Source of the DNA: Octopus vulgaris
Taxonomy: Eukaryota
NCBI GenBank assembly: GCA_951406725.2
Contig: OX597815.1
Location: 142,414,001-142,478,000 of the forward strand
Length of the DNA stretch: 64,000 bases
Direction of reading: 5' to 3'
The notes below the pieces were generated by a model. It was not told the DNA's origin and searched no databases. It saw nothing but the letters and a program-made list of their open reading frames with translations. The position numbers and the translations under genes are program-made. This document shows positions 51,706 to 64,000 of this stretch, in pieces; within the stretch, counting starts at the first letter, position 1; each line of letters opens with the position of its first letter.

Positions 51706-53094
51706 ATGCTGTTGTGGCTACTTGTGATACTTTATTCACTGTTGTTAATGCTGCTGTTACTTCTGTTTGCGGCGTTGGTGTCTTCCTTTCGCTTGTTCTT
51801 TTCTCGTGTTTTGTTTTTTCGGTGGTGATGGTGGTGTTAACGTTGATGTTGTTACTGTTGTTGCTGCTGTCGATATTGTTGCTATTGCTGTTTTTTACGG
51901 CAAAAAATAATTTCGCCTTCAAAATCTCCTCCCACCTGCCTGTCTTCTTTGCTCTTGTACGTCGAATTCTACAAGTCTTAATCTGACCATAAAAGCCTCA
52001 GTGAAAATTTCATTTTGAAATGATGTATGCTGTTCCAGACTTCTTTTTGCTCATATCTATCAGGCATATATATACACCAGTTAGGTACTTGCATAGAATC
52101 TGCCGCTTCCTTAAACAATGCTAAAACCCATTTATCACTATAATAAGAGTAGTAATATGGTGTACGATGTATTGAAATCTGAGCAAATTTGTAACCAGAA
52201 CTAGGCACGTCTCTTCGCGTGTTAGGTTATATTTATTAATTTTGATTATTTATGATATAAAATATATACACTTTTATCTCTTCCAATGAATCACCTGCTC
52301 CTTTTTAATTCGTAGCTTATAATTAATATAAGAAATCCAAATCCTTAAGAAAATACAGACAGGATCTGAAAAAGTTACTGATTCTACTGGAATATTTTCT
52401 TACATTAATCAGAGATTCCTTTTCGGAAGTCCCATAAAAGAGGGTTAAAAAGCACACAAAGTAAAAAAGATTATATCCCACATAGTCCTGACCTGAGATT
52501 AAACGACGGCCAAAGACATGAACCTGTAAAAGTCATTAAAGAACATTGTATTACAACAAATGGAAAATCTCCTATGATATAGAACATCTTCAAACGAGGG
52601 CACCTTCCATATCTCCAACGACATTTGTGCTTATTAATTAAAGAACTGACAACTTCACATCAACCGATGTCTTATTAAAGACAAATGAACTAAAAGTACC
52701 GATTCCATCGGAGATTGTATTTAAGGTATCACTAATTTACATTGCAAGATTAAAACTTAAGCTGACACAAAGACACTATAAAGAGACGACTTCATGAATT
52801 TAATCTTCAAACTATTCCAGTCTTGTTAATGAATTTTACAGACAGTTCTAATTATAATTATAAGCATAATCAGAATTATAATTATGCCGGTTCATTTAGA
52901 AGATTCATATAATGAAACAGTTGCACTAGGTCGCTTCTTATGTGAATGAGATGAAGTAACGTTATCTGTGTCACTGTTTCTCTCCTCCTCTGTCTTCTTT
53001 CTAATGCTTACTGTTTTGTCTTATTGTCTTTGTTTCCATAATATTCATACATACATACTTAGACACATATGTAAACGCAAACACGCACACACAT

Positions 53095-53179
<85 letters not shown>

Positions 53180-53223
53180 TTATATATATACATAGATAGA
53201 TAGATAGCATAGCTAGATGTATT

Positions 53224-53396
<173 letters not shown>

Positions 53397-53427
53397 TTAT
53401 AGATAGAGAGAGAGAGATAGCGAGAAG

Positions 53428-53737
53428 TTTCTTTATTAGCTACACAAGGCCGAACACAGAGGGGGCAAAATACAATATAGAGCTTTTCTTTTCGGAAAAA
53501 AAGGAGAAAATAAAATTCTGATCAAAAGGGAATGTGAGAAAAGAAAAAAAAAATGATCAAAAGGGAGCGTGTATCACAGAAAAAGTTTTAAAGTGTAAAA
53601 AGCAAGATTAAGTTTATCCGTGGAAAGCAAAACCCACGGAAAATACCACGGTTTACCTCAGGCAGGGAGGGAATAAACACATGAGTGCAAAGTTCTCTCT
53701 GTCTCTTTCTCTCTCTCTCTGTCTGTCTGTCTGTCTG

Positions 53738-53782
<45 letters not shown>

Positions 53783-54310
53783 AATTTACAGGATCATGCT
53801 CAAAGTGGTTTCGCTCTCACCATCTTTGCTACATTCACTCACCTTTTATTGAAACTTTCCCGAGACAAAATTTGCCTCTCTATTCTCACCGTCCTTTTCA
53901 AGTGGCACTAGAAAAAATTGATGAGCGATTGGCCAGAGAGGTAAGTGTTTGTCTCTAAACCTTTCACTCGAGTCCACCACACACTTCTTTCTCCATGGCT
54001 ACCAGTACGATGAAGACTGCTTTGCCTTCCCGGTTGAAGGAAGGTGGCGGAGCAATTTTCACGATAGACTTAGGTGACAGGTGGACTCGTCTTACACGTG
54101 ACAGTAACCGTTCGGCATAAGCCCACAGGTCCGAAATGGTTGGACATTGCACGGGTACGCGCAGAATGGTTTCGTCGCTCTGACCGCATCTCGGGCAAGT
54201 TGGTCCGGTGTGTCTGGAACTGTGTCTGTAGAGTTTATCCCGAACGGGTAATGCTTCTCGATAGCAGTGCAAGGCCAGGGATCTTTGGCATAGGTCCCGC
54301 TCCGAATAAA
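53428..54310 (-). mobile_element. Tx1/L1-clade LINE, 5'-truncated copy A (C-terminal zinc knuckle and 3' UTR)
   Basis: ALPVRDKLYRH...CPRCGQSDETI...QCPTISDLW. The 3' end CCCCCTCTGTGTTCGGCCTTGTGTAGCTAATAAAGAAAC runs into (TC)n. (GA)n lies on the other side at 54312-54380. Confidence 0.85.
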
Positions 54311-54379
<69 letters not shown>

Positions 54380-54383
<4 letters not shown>

Positions 54384-56563
54384 CTTTATTAGCCTCGCAG
54401 GCCGAACAGAGAGGGGATAATACAATGTAGAATGTTTCATTTCGAAAACGATCAAAAGGGATAGAAAACGTTTTGGGACGTGTACGCAAGGAAATAACAA
54501 AAGTGTCGTTTTTAACAATTAGAGTTATCAAAAGTGGAAATAAGTTTAACATTCACTAGGTTTATCTGTAGAAAGAAAAACCTATGAAGTACCATGGTTA
54601 CCTCGGAAACGAAAAAAAAGACATAACATGAGAGCATAGCGTTCTTTCTCAATTTGTCTTATAGTATCATATTCAAGGTGGTTCCGTCATTGTTGGGTAC
54701 TATCTTTGCCCTGTTCACCTATCTTTTGTTAAACCTTTCATTAGACAAAACTTCCCCCTCCGTACTCAGCTTCCTTTTCAAGTGATACTTGAAAACTTTG
54801 ATGAGAGATTGACCAGAGAGGTAAGTGTTTGTCTCTATACCTATCAAAACGAGTTCACCATGCACATTCTTTCACCTTAGCCACCAGTACAAGGCACGAC
54901 ATTCAGACGGTAGTAGATGACGGATGCGATGTACGCATTCGCCACCTCAGCCCGACCATTTAGAGACAGCTTCCTCTCGTCCCATTGCTGGGTGAGATTG
55001 GCCAACCTACTCGTTATCTCGTCCCAGTTCTTGTCCATTTGGAGGTCTTGGACGGAACCAGACCCCGAACAATATAACCGGTCCGTCGGTCCAGTGCCCC
55101 ACGATAGAAACACTGTTGGACGGCATGGGCATGCCGAGCTTCAAGACCCCTGACATTTTCGGGTTAATACCTCTTCGTATTCTTTTAGTGTCTCACCGTT
55201 CAGGTCAATATGCATGTGGCTCGACACTATGACGGTAACATCCTCTGCGTATGCAGACACGCCCCTCCCACATTCCAGTTCTGGCGGGATACCTCTCAGC
55301 GTCGCCAGCTTCCGCATTAGTGGCTCTAGAGTCAATACAAACAGAAGGGACGAGAGGGAGCATCCTTGACTGACCGAACGTATGATGTTAAATAGTCTTG
55401 ATAGATAACCATTCACGCGAACTACCGAGCGGATACCTCTGTATAAAGCAGCGATCTAACCGCAGAAGACTGGACCGAAACCAGCCGCCCTAACCTCAGC
55501 CTCAAATTATCGTTTGGGTAACCATATCGAAAGCTTTTGTTAGATGAAATTAATCAGCACCCTACTCATGTGAGTTTCTTTAACTATCTTGTCTATGATG
55601 TAGCACATAATATGGTGATTGTCACGGATTCTTCTGCCCGGCACGACGCACGTTTGCGCATTGTCGACTAGTTTCTCGATGACATGGGCCAACCTCTCGT
55701 CTTGCACCTTGTCCAAAATTTTCAAATCTGCGTTGTCTGGGTGTTTCTTTAGCAGTGTCACAGTTCCTCAGGTCACGAAACTGGGAATACTCCCATTTTG
55801 CTGCTAGTAGACTGTTGCCAAGACGTCTCCAAACAAGTCTGAAATATGACTATAACGCTCGTGGGGCAGACCATCCAAGCCCGGCGACGTGTCTCTAGCG
55901 CAGCCTGCCATTTCATTCCTTAAATCAGCGGCTCTAATGTGACATTCACAACACTCCGCCTCTCTTGCCGAGAGTCGTGGCAGGCCATGCTGGTAGGCAC
56001 TAATTCCGCCCTGCATTCTGACCCACCATTTGTCCCGATCAGTCAGAGAAAGTGTTACTGAAAGGCCTCACACATCCTTTCGGGTTCGAGTAATTCACGC
56101 CCCTGTTCATCCATCAAAGACCGAATGGTGGCTTTGTTGCCACGTTGCGTCTCCGCCAAATGGGCTTTTCGACCAGCTGCAATTTATTCATTTCTCAGGG
56201 CACGCATCATAGCTCTGACAAAGTAACCTTCATGTTTGGTGTTGAAGTGTTGGTCAAGGGCCAATCTCATCGCCAGTACGTTGGACGCGATGCCATTTTG
56301 AAGTACCTCTTCTAATTTTTTAACCAAGTCTCCCTCTATTCTATTTCGATCTGTCGCAAAAGCCTGGCTATACCTAACCGATTTTGCTTTAATTGCCTTC
56401 TTTAGGGCAAACCACCATTTGTTGTTCAAAATGGTACCCGTCAACGCCCTATTAACTAATGTGATAATCCGGCCTCTGTAAGCTAGTCGCGCCGAGAATG
56501 ATGCACCCAGCGTCCAGTAATCGGGTACCTGCTTATGAAGTTATCTAAGTCGAGCGTACTTCA
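54380..56563 (-). mobile_element. Tx1/L1-clade LINE, copy B (RT, internally deleted, 3' UTR)
   Basis: GYWTL near 56520; WWFALKKAIK; SPGLDGLPHE; QTCVVPGRRIRDN; SVSQGCSLSSLLFVLTLEPL; VSAYAED; RKLSLNGRAEVAN. It jumps to the C-terminus at ~54877. The 3' UTR is homologous to copy A. Confidence 0.9.
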
Positions 56564-56564
56564 T

Positions 56565-56623
56565 ATTAAAATAAATTTGTTTGAAATGTTAAGGTGTTTC
56601 CATTATTTTGACCAACCCCTGTA
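56565..56623 (-). mobile_element. Solo Tc1-like terminal inverted repeat
   Basis: Minus strand TA-CAGGGGTTGGTCAAAATAATGGAAACACC, a TA|CAG Tc1-type terminus. No partner end was seen. Confidence 0.55.
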
Positions 56624-56628
56624 TGAGC

Positions 56629-56753
<125 letters not shown>

Positions 56754-58917
56754 CAGGCAGACACAGAGTGAGATAGCAGTAGTATACATTAGATATATGG
56801 ATGGCCACATAGGAAGAGTGAGATGAAGAGACAGAGACAAAGAGAAACAGAAGCCGATGCAAAGATAAAAAAATTACGACACAATCTTAAATTCTATGAA
56901 GATGATATTACGTCGACTCCAAAAAATAATATAAATAACTAGCTAAACATTCAGAACTACACCAAGAGAAAAATTCCTCGGTACAATTTCTTTTTTTATA
57001 GAACGAAGTGAAATGAAACATAAAATGTTTTCAGAGAATTCACATTTTTACCTACAATATTTTCATTGTTACAACGCGTTAGTTTTTCAAATGTTTATAT
57101 AATTGTAGGTAGGTTTTCACTAGGTGTTTTTCATTATTGATAAACACTTACTGAGATAGCATTATGTTTCCAGAATCTTTGCTTGAGCGATGAGGTGACA
57201 ACATTTATAATAGACTGCGACATTTATCTCCGGATTCCGTGACACTCTTATAATGTTAAGTGAGGAGATATTTAGATACGAAGCATAGAAAGTGATACCA
57301 GAAAAGGTGCGTAATATCAAATTTAATAACACATATATAAAGATAACACGAATGAAGAGTATAGTGTATGTGTAAGTCGAAGTAAGTTAAACACAACGAG
57401 TGAAATATAATTTGGTAAAAATCAGTGCAATAAAATTCTAAATTCTGATAATATTTCCTTGAACGAGGAAAGTTAGAATTATATTCTCCATAGAGCAACC
57501 TAATATTATCAGTTATTTAGTTACACGAGAAGAAAAACTCTAGCGAGCAACTGACTATAGGTTTTCATATAAAATATCTTTTATGATGTACCACTTATCT
57601 TTCTTAAATATTTCTTTCGATGCTTTCTACAGACTTTCAACATTTTACATGGAAATAACATGAAGACGTTAAATAACGGCTTCGGTCATTCAAATTTTTT
57701 GGTGTGAAATGTTTAATGTTATGGTACTGTTTTCTCATACACTTCTTGCAGTAAAATATTGACTAACATTAAATCATGCAGTTATTTTATAGTTAAATAT
57801 TAAATTGGATATATTAAAAAATAACACTTTCATTGGAGTTTCCAAAATGTTTAGAGCTTATACAAACAGAAAGTTGTCTGTCGCAAGAATTCTATATTAT
57901 CATGCAGCATAGCTATTATCAGAAAATCTACTAATGAAAAATAGTTTATCGCAGTTCTTACATTACATCACAGATTTTAATACTTGGCCTGGGGTTTGAT
58001 CTAATAAATACTTTCCTGAACACGTTTAACGGATATTTCTAATTCCTTTCTGATTAAAAATCAAACAGAGGTCACAGCAATAAATTCGATTTTATGAATG
58101 AAAAATCTCAGGAAAACAGGCCTTAGATATTATTTTCTTTGTGTCACATTTCCGTTTTAAAATGTGTTCGTGGTATAAAAGCAACGTATTTTGCTAGTAT
58201 GTAATTTTAGATGTCTCTATACCTTACCATATCTAAACAATGATAAACTTTCAATATATGTAGATTACAAAAGTTTTATGATTCTCACAAATTTGCCTGC
58301 ACATCTCTCACGCACTTATTTATTGCATCTAGCTAAATTATATTTTTAATATTTCTAACATTATATTTTCTAAATTCACATTTTATGAAGCGTTTATCCG
58401 GTGAAAGACGATAATTGTGATAATGTGATGATGATGATGATGATATCGACGAACATCACGATTATGATCAAGACAATGAGAAAGATGATGACGATGACGT
58501 CAAAGGGGATGAATGTGAGAATGGAGTTTCATTATCATAGACTGCTTCTAATGCTCGACATTACAAAATAGTGATGTAACATATCGACAACACAATGGTA
58601 ATTTTAATCTTTTGCTGAAGCACTAACTTGAATTTTTTCCCCCACGAAATTGATTACCAAGACAGTTATGTTGTAATATTTTCTTATGATCTCATCCCGA
58701 ATTCTTTCGTTATATTTGAGAATGCAAGACATGTTTATGCAATAACAATTAGTCGAGCTTCCCGGCTGTATTCCACAAGCTCCAGAGGCTATCCACATAT
58801 GTATGAAGAACACTATCTTTGTGTAACTAGAATAACCAGAAATACTCACAATTTGTGCTCGCTTACCACTACTAAAGCTAGCTCTGAAAATCATTATTTC
58901 AAATTCGTGTCGAACTG

Positions 58918-58987
<70 letters not shown>

Positions 58988-59203
58988 CATTATCGAATTT
59001 TGCATCATAATGGACAAAAGTTCTGTGGAGACCAAAAAATATTTCTAACTTCATTTTTGGCAGTTTCTATAAAAATTACAAAGTATTTTCTGTTGGTGAT
59101 TCTAATAAACAAGATAAAATGTTTGCCATTGCATTTAATGGTTTTACGCCTCTTTGGTTTCTTGTATAATTAATGACGTTATTTTCGACAAATTATTTGA
59201 CTA

Positions 59204-59354
59204 AGCGTGGCTTTGTGGTAAGTAGCTTGCTTACGAACTACATGGTTCTGGGTTCAGTCCCACTCCGTGGAACCTTAGGCAAGTATCTTCTACTATAGCT
59301 TCGCGCCGACTAAAACCTTGTGAGTGGATTTGGTAGGAAACTGAAAGACGCCCG

Positions 59355-59391
<37 letters not shown>

Positions 59392-59527
59392 TGTGTATAT
59401 GTTTGTGGGTCTGTGTTTGTCACAGTACTAGGCTTACAAAAATAATTCCTAGGGTCGATTTTCTAAAGGCGGTGCTCCAGCATGGCCACAGTCAAATCAC
59501 TGAAACATGTAAAAGAGTAAAAGAGTA
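59204..59527 (+). mobile_element. SINE family B, internally deleted
   Basis: GTGGCTTTGTGGTAAGTAGCTTGCTTAC...GGGTTCAGTCCCAC...tail GGCGGTGCTCCAGCATGGCCACAGTCAAATCACTGAAACATGTAAAAGAGTAAAAGAGTA. Confidence 0.9.
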
Positions 59528-61104
59528 AGCATGTCATATATGATTACATATCTAATTGATTGGGGTTTTTTTTTTCAAGTGCTCCTGTCTGTGACAAAAT
59601 ATATATCCTAACATCTAATACATTAAGAATTATATATTAATTTGAATCTAAACTGAAGGTACACAGACGTGCTCTTTTAAATTGTGACGTCATTTGGACA
59701 TTTATATCTTTTGTAAGACACCTGTAATAATCCAAGTAAATTATTTACCTGCATATTCCAACAGTCAATTACACATGTTGTTGTGTGTATATGTCTATGA
59801 CATCAATATGGGGAGATTTCAGGAAAACCTACTGTGGAAGCAAGTAACGTCTCTACTATTTAAGTTAAGTTTAAACCTATGTAATATAGAATTAACATCT
59901 GTTATATATTCATAATTTATCTTTGTATGGGATATATGATGAGTTTTTCCATATACATCATCAAAATATACATGATAGTATTATATGTTTAACGGCTTCC
60001 GATATGGTGACGATAGTTAAATATCAAGTTTAATATTTATAAGTAAACAGTTGATATAATATTTAGCTCTATTACAATTATGCGCTGATACAATATATAG
60101 ATTATGTTACTGATATTTCCCCTTATTTAGCAGCTAAGAAATAACTGAAGCAATAATCAAACAAGTTGGCGAACATAATTAATATTAATATACATGAAGA
60201 AATATTGAGGTTTTCATACCTATAATGGTTGAAGAAAATTCCATCAAATATTCACCAAATAATTTAAAGCATTAATTAATCAATCAATCAAATAATTGTA
60301 GACATATCATCCATCACATGCTCCATCAGTGTGTAATGGGCAATGACAAATTTCTATGTAAGCAACGTTAAATATTTTAAAGGTAATATCAACATTTTGA
60401 CATCTCATATATGAGCAGGCGATATATTGAATAATGTTTAAATTCGACTTACAAAGCGCAAAATTTATAGAAGTATTGTGTTACTTCTAATAAGCATAAT
60501 TTTAGACATATCGCTGATTATTACGGTAACATATGTCTAAATGATCAATGGTTCCTATGACTATTGTATTCTCAATATTTTCAACGGATCTAGCTCTGAA
60601 AGAGTGAATTCATTTATAAATAGATACACCAAACATCATATCGGAACATCATACAATTATTCATTTTGTGCAATGTTGATTTCGAGATCCAATGAATAGT
60701 ATACACACATATGGAAGCGATGTCAATTGCTTCGCTAATTACCACCAAAATATACATAGAACGGCTTCTCGCAGCTTGATTACAACATTTTATGTTACTT
60801 CACTAAAGATGTGTATTGGGATTTGAAGACAAGCTGCACACGCTGTACGCAATTCCGATTCGAAAGAAAAAAAGCCTGCTCCTAAATCACACGTTTGTTG
60901 AGCAAATGCAAATGAATTATGTGTCCAAAAATTCGGTAAGAAAACCCAATTGGATAGAAAAGTTTAGTTAATCTCTATATGCTAATTAGGGAGTAGTATA
61001 AATGCAGGGGTGGTTAAATACATACAACATTGAAAATGGAACATAAATGCTTTGCATGAAAGAGTCAGTTATTATACAAGAAAGGAAACATTCCGAAATA
61101 GAAA

Positions 61105-61400
61105 TAACCACTGACAATATAACCAACAGCAAAGTTGAGGATGTTGAGGGACTGGAGGTGTTGCATCACTCTACTTAAAGTCCAGACCTTCCACCATCAG
61201 ATTGTCACCGATTCCGAACCAGTGCTCATTTCTTTCCTGGAAGGAGATACAACAATGTAGATTATGAAAATGGGTGCAGGGAAGTTTCTTTTCCCTTATT
61301 CCAGCCAAATAGCACAAGGGAGGAATTGGGCTTCTGGAAAAAGGATGGAAAAAGACAACAGAATAATATGGCATCTAATCATATTTTAATGAACAAAGTT
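61105..61400 (+). mobile_element. mariner transposase C-terminal remnant
   Basis: My translation EGLEVLHHST*SPDLPPSDCHRFRTSAHFFPGRRYNNV...ENGCRE matches the mariner HP.YSPDLAPSDYHLF motif. Confidence 0.8.
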
Positions 61401-61544
61401 TTTTCGTGCGTAATTGTTTGAAATATTAATTAAAGGTGGATATATGAAAAAACATTTGACTCGAGCTGTAATTTCATCCGTGATGCTGTTGTTAATGTTC
61501 TTTGCGCTGTTGCGTATGTATATAGTGGTTAAAAAATTTGATCC

Positions 61545-61740
61545 ATGGCCAGCAAATTCGGGTGAGGGGGTAAGTGGATTACATCGACCCCATTGCTCAA
61601 CTGGTACTTATTTTATCAACCGCAAAGGGATGACAGGCAAAATCGACCTCGTTGGAATTTGAAGTCAAAACTTAAAACCGGACGTAATGCAGCTAAGCCT
61701 TTTGTCCGGTGTGCTTACGATTCTGGCAGTTCGTCGCACT
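61545..61740 (-). mobile_element. SINE family A
   Basis: GATTACATCGACCCC...CTGGTACTTATTTTATCAACC...GGCAAAATCGACCTCGTTGGAATTTGAA...CGATTCTGGCAGTTCGTCGC. Confidence 0.85.
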
Positions 61741-62873
61741 TTTGCTTGTATATATATATTGCCTACATATTTGGCAGAGGTTGTCTGATGATTTACATAA
61801 TCATATTTCTTTGATGACTATCTAAATTACCACACAAATTCTGAAAAACTAATTAGATTATGCTGCGTGTGATGTCCGCTATACCACGTGAAAAGAAACA
61901 AAGCTATGCATTGATTCCAACTGGAATTTAATAACATACTCAATTACGACACAAGATATGAAAAAGTAATTACGATATGTTGTAATAATCTAAATGCTCG
62001 GCTACATCTAAGTTAGCGACATTCTGTGCTGGTACTAGTATATGCACAAGAATAACTAAAATGCTACTTCACGTAATCTGAATTCTATAGAACACTTCAA
62101 ATAAAGACCTAAGCCTGCCAAAATGTTTTCTTCCAACAATATATTTTTACTTAACATACTTCCTGTCACCGGTCAGGAAAATAGTTAGACGTATGTATAA
62201 AATATTCAGTTTATACGTGAGGTTAACATATTATGAGGAGTAGAAACAGAAATACCATTCAATTTAAAAGTGCATCGAAACATCTGGTTAGATCAAAATT
62301 TTTTATAAATAATTTGACATTCAGAAGAAAATATATGTGCATATTAAAGTACTTCCAAGCGTATTTGCATTCGAAAATTCGAAACATTCAAAAGAGTCTT
62401 TCAAATTGTCTTTGAGCAGTAGGGTAAGATATCGTATTCGATATATTCTGGTGCAAAGGGAAAAGGAGACATCTTATACGATGTGTGCGCTTTCATTTAT
62501 CTGAATTCTATTAGAATCTATTTGCGCTGTTAAGTAGTGTTAACAGTGTGTGTCAAATATCGCATTTAAGAAAATATCTACACCATTTCAATCAAAATAT
62601 TGAAATGATTCTATATTTTGACACATGTACATAAGAGTTTCAATACAAAATATTTGTTCCAGCATTTGCAAGAATATTCAACCAAAAGTATAAAAGGAGC
62701 TGCAACCAGCATTACGATGAATATAGATTTGTTAACATTTTACTTGAATAACGAATATGTATGTATACATAGATCTATTTTTCTACCGATCAATTACTTT
62801 CTCTATCTCTTTCATTCTCTCTTTCTCTCTCCCTCTCGCTATATATGTATCTCTGTTTCTCGCTCTCTCACGC

Positions 62874-62911
<38 letters not shown>

Positions 62912-63309
62912 CACCTTATATGATATATATAAATATATATACATTCAGATATACTCACATACACATACATACATAATAAATACATGTATGCATGCATGAA
63001 TACTTATATACATACATACATACATACATACATACATACATACATACATACATACATACAAACATACACACGTACATAGATGCATGATCACACATCATTT
63101 TGATGCGATCATGCGAACTAATTCTGCGGTGCGTAACTGAGACTTAAGGAAGTTTACAATGTGGAGGAGTATAATTCAGGAAGGCTCGCTCTCTGCGTAA
63201 CCTTTCGTGATTACGTTAATTCTTTCGACAAGGACACTGATAGAATTCGGACTGACTACAAGCTTGCTAAAATTAGCGTGACTATAAATTATGTAATTCA
63301 TACATACGA

Positions 63310-64000
63310 TATCAAATAATACATCAGAAAGGAAGTCATGGATTCTCTTTTCTAAGTCTAGCAGAGCAAGATATTGTTATGTTTAAAGGAATAAGTCTAG
63401 AGTTTTAATTGTAATGAGAAATTTTAAGTTGAAATTTGTTGAACGAATATCAGTAGATTACTTAAAGAGAATGTATGAGTCAGGTGCTGTTGTGTTGATT
63501 AAGTAATTAGAAGATAAATGAGAACATTTCCAAAAAGTGCAAGATAAATCGGTCAGTGCTTGAATCAAAACCAACTGGAGTTAATGTCATTAATTTAGTC
63601 AATAAATAAGTAATACCTGTTTTAAGATACTCTGCTCCATCTTTGTTACAGTACACAAAAACAGAACTGGATTAGGCGAACTAAGAAGCAGCTTACAATC
63701 GTGACACACACCCGCTAAAACTAATATCTACAGACTCTACTTACCAAAAAAGGGACAAGGCAAAACTTTGCTGAACGCAGACGACATCATCTGTGTTAAG
63801 ATATCGGAGCTGTAAAACTATATTGTGCATAGGAAAGAAAGATGAATGTATGCAACCAAAAATATTGTAGAAAGACCTAAATCATTAAGAAGTTTCAGCA
63901 GCAGAGAAGCAAAGGAGAGGATAAACAGCTGGACAGAACAGGGATTACATGGCTCATTAATGCAACACACTGAAGATATATAAAACGAAGATCGAAGCTG
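63310..64000 (+). mobile_element. Old R4/Dong-type fragment running off the window end
   Basis: SVLESKPTGVNVINLVNK*VIPVLRYSAP; TNIYRLYLPK; KERINSWTEQGLHG. These correspond to the R4 thumb motifs also seen at 48923-49350. Confidence 0.65.

Noticed and set aside
50745-51950. GT-rich strand-skewed tract that may be the 5' region of the adjacent R4-type element
   Set aside because: It is low complexity with no diagnostic motif, so it was left unannotated apart from the microsatellite.
51978-52208. Non-repetitive 76-aa minus-strand ORF (..DKWVLALFKEAADSMQVP..), faintly Helitron-like or exon-like
   Set aside because: It has a non-ATG start, no convincing splice signals, and a resemblance too weak to call.
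58520-58910. Possible very old R4-type 3' remnant (similar to the 38232 terminus)
   Set aside because: Only a short nucleotide resemblance; the protein motifs are not convincingly recoverable.

Overview
AT-rich, microsatellite-dense eukaryotic intergenic or intronic DNA. It is most likely from an octopus (coleoid cephalopod); this is inferred from memory of the SINE families, not from a search. I can support no intact host protein-coding gene, rRNA, true tRNA or CRISPR array. Most ORFs in the track are translations of (AT)n, (AC)n, (ATGT)n, (AGAT)n or trinucleotide repeats. The non-microsatellite content is decayed mobile elements: four tRNA-derived SINE families (called A-D here), non-LTR retrotransposon fragments (R4/Dong-type, Tx1/L1-type, CR1/L2-type, RTE-type), Penelope-like elements (PLEs, including Naiad-like RT and GIY-YIG pieces), mariner/Tc1/piggyBac-like remnants and several foldback elements. 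Four signals stand out. (1) Minimal hammerhead-ribozyme motifs lie in PLE-type termini (36866-36915, 39449-39487, 12313-12347). (2) Two SINE-LINE tail partnerships are visible within the window: SINE B with the CR1-like LINE, sharing a hairpin with a compensatory base-pair change, and a young SINE A subfamily with the Tx1-like LINE. (3) SINE A shows tail swapping. (4) Retroelement clades appear to partition microsatellite targets: R4/Dong in (TAA)n, Tx1 in (TC)n, PLE in (TA)n.
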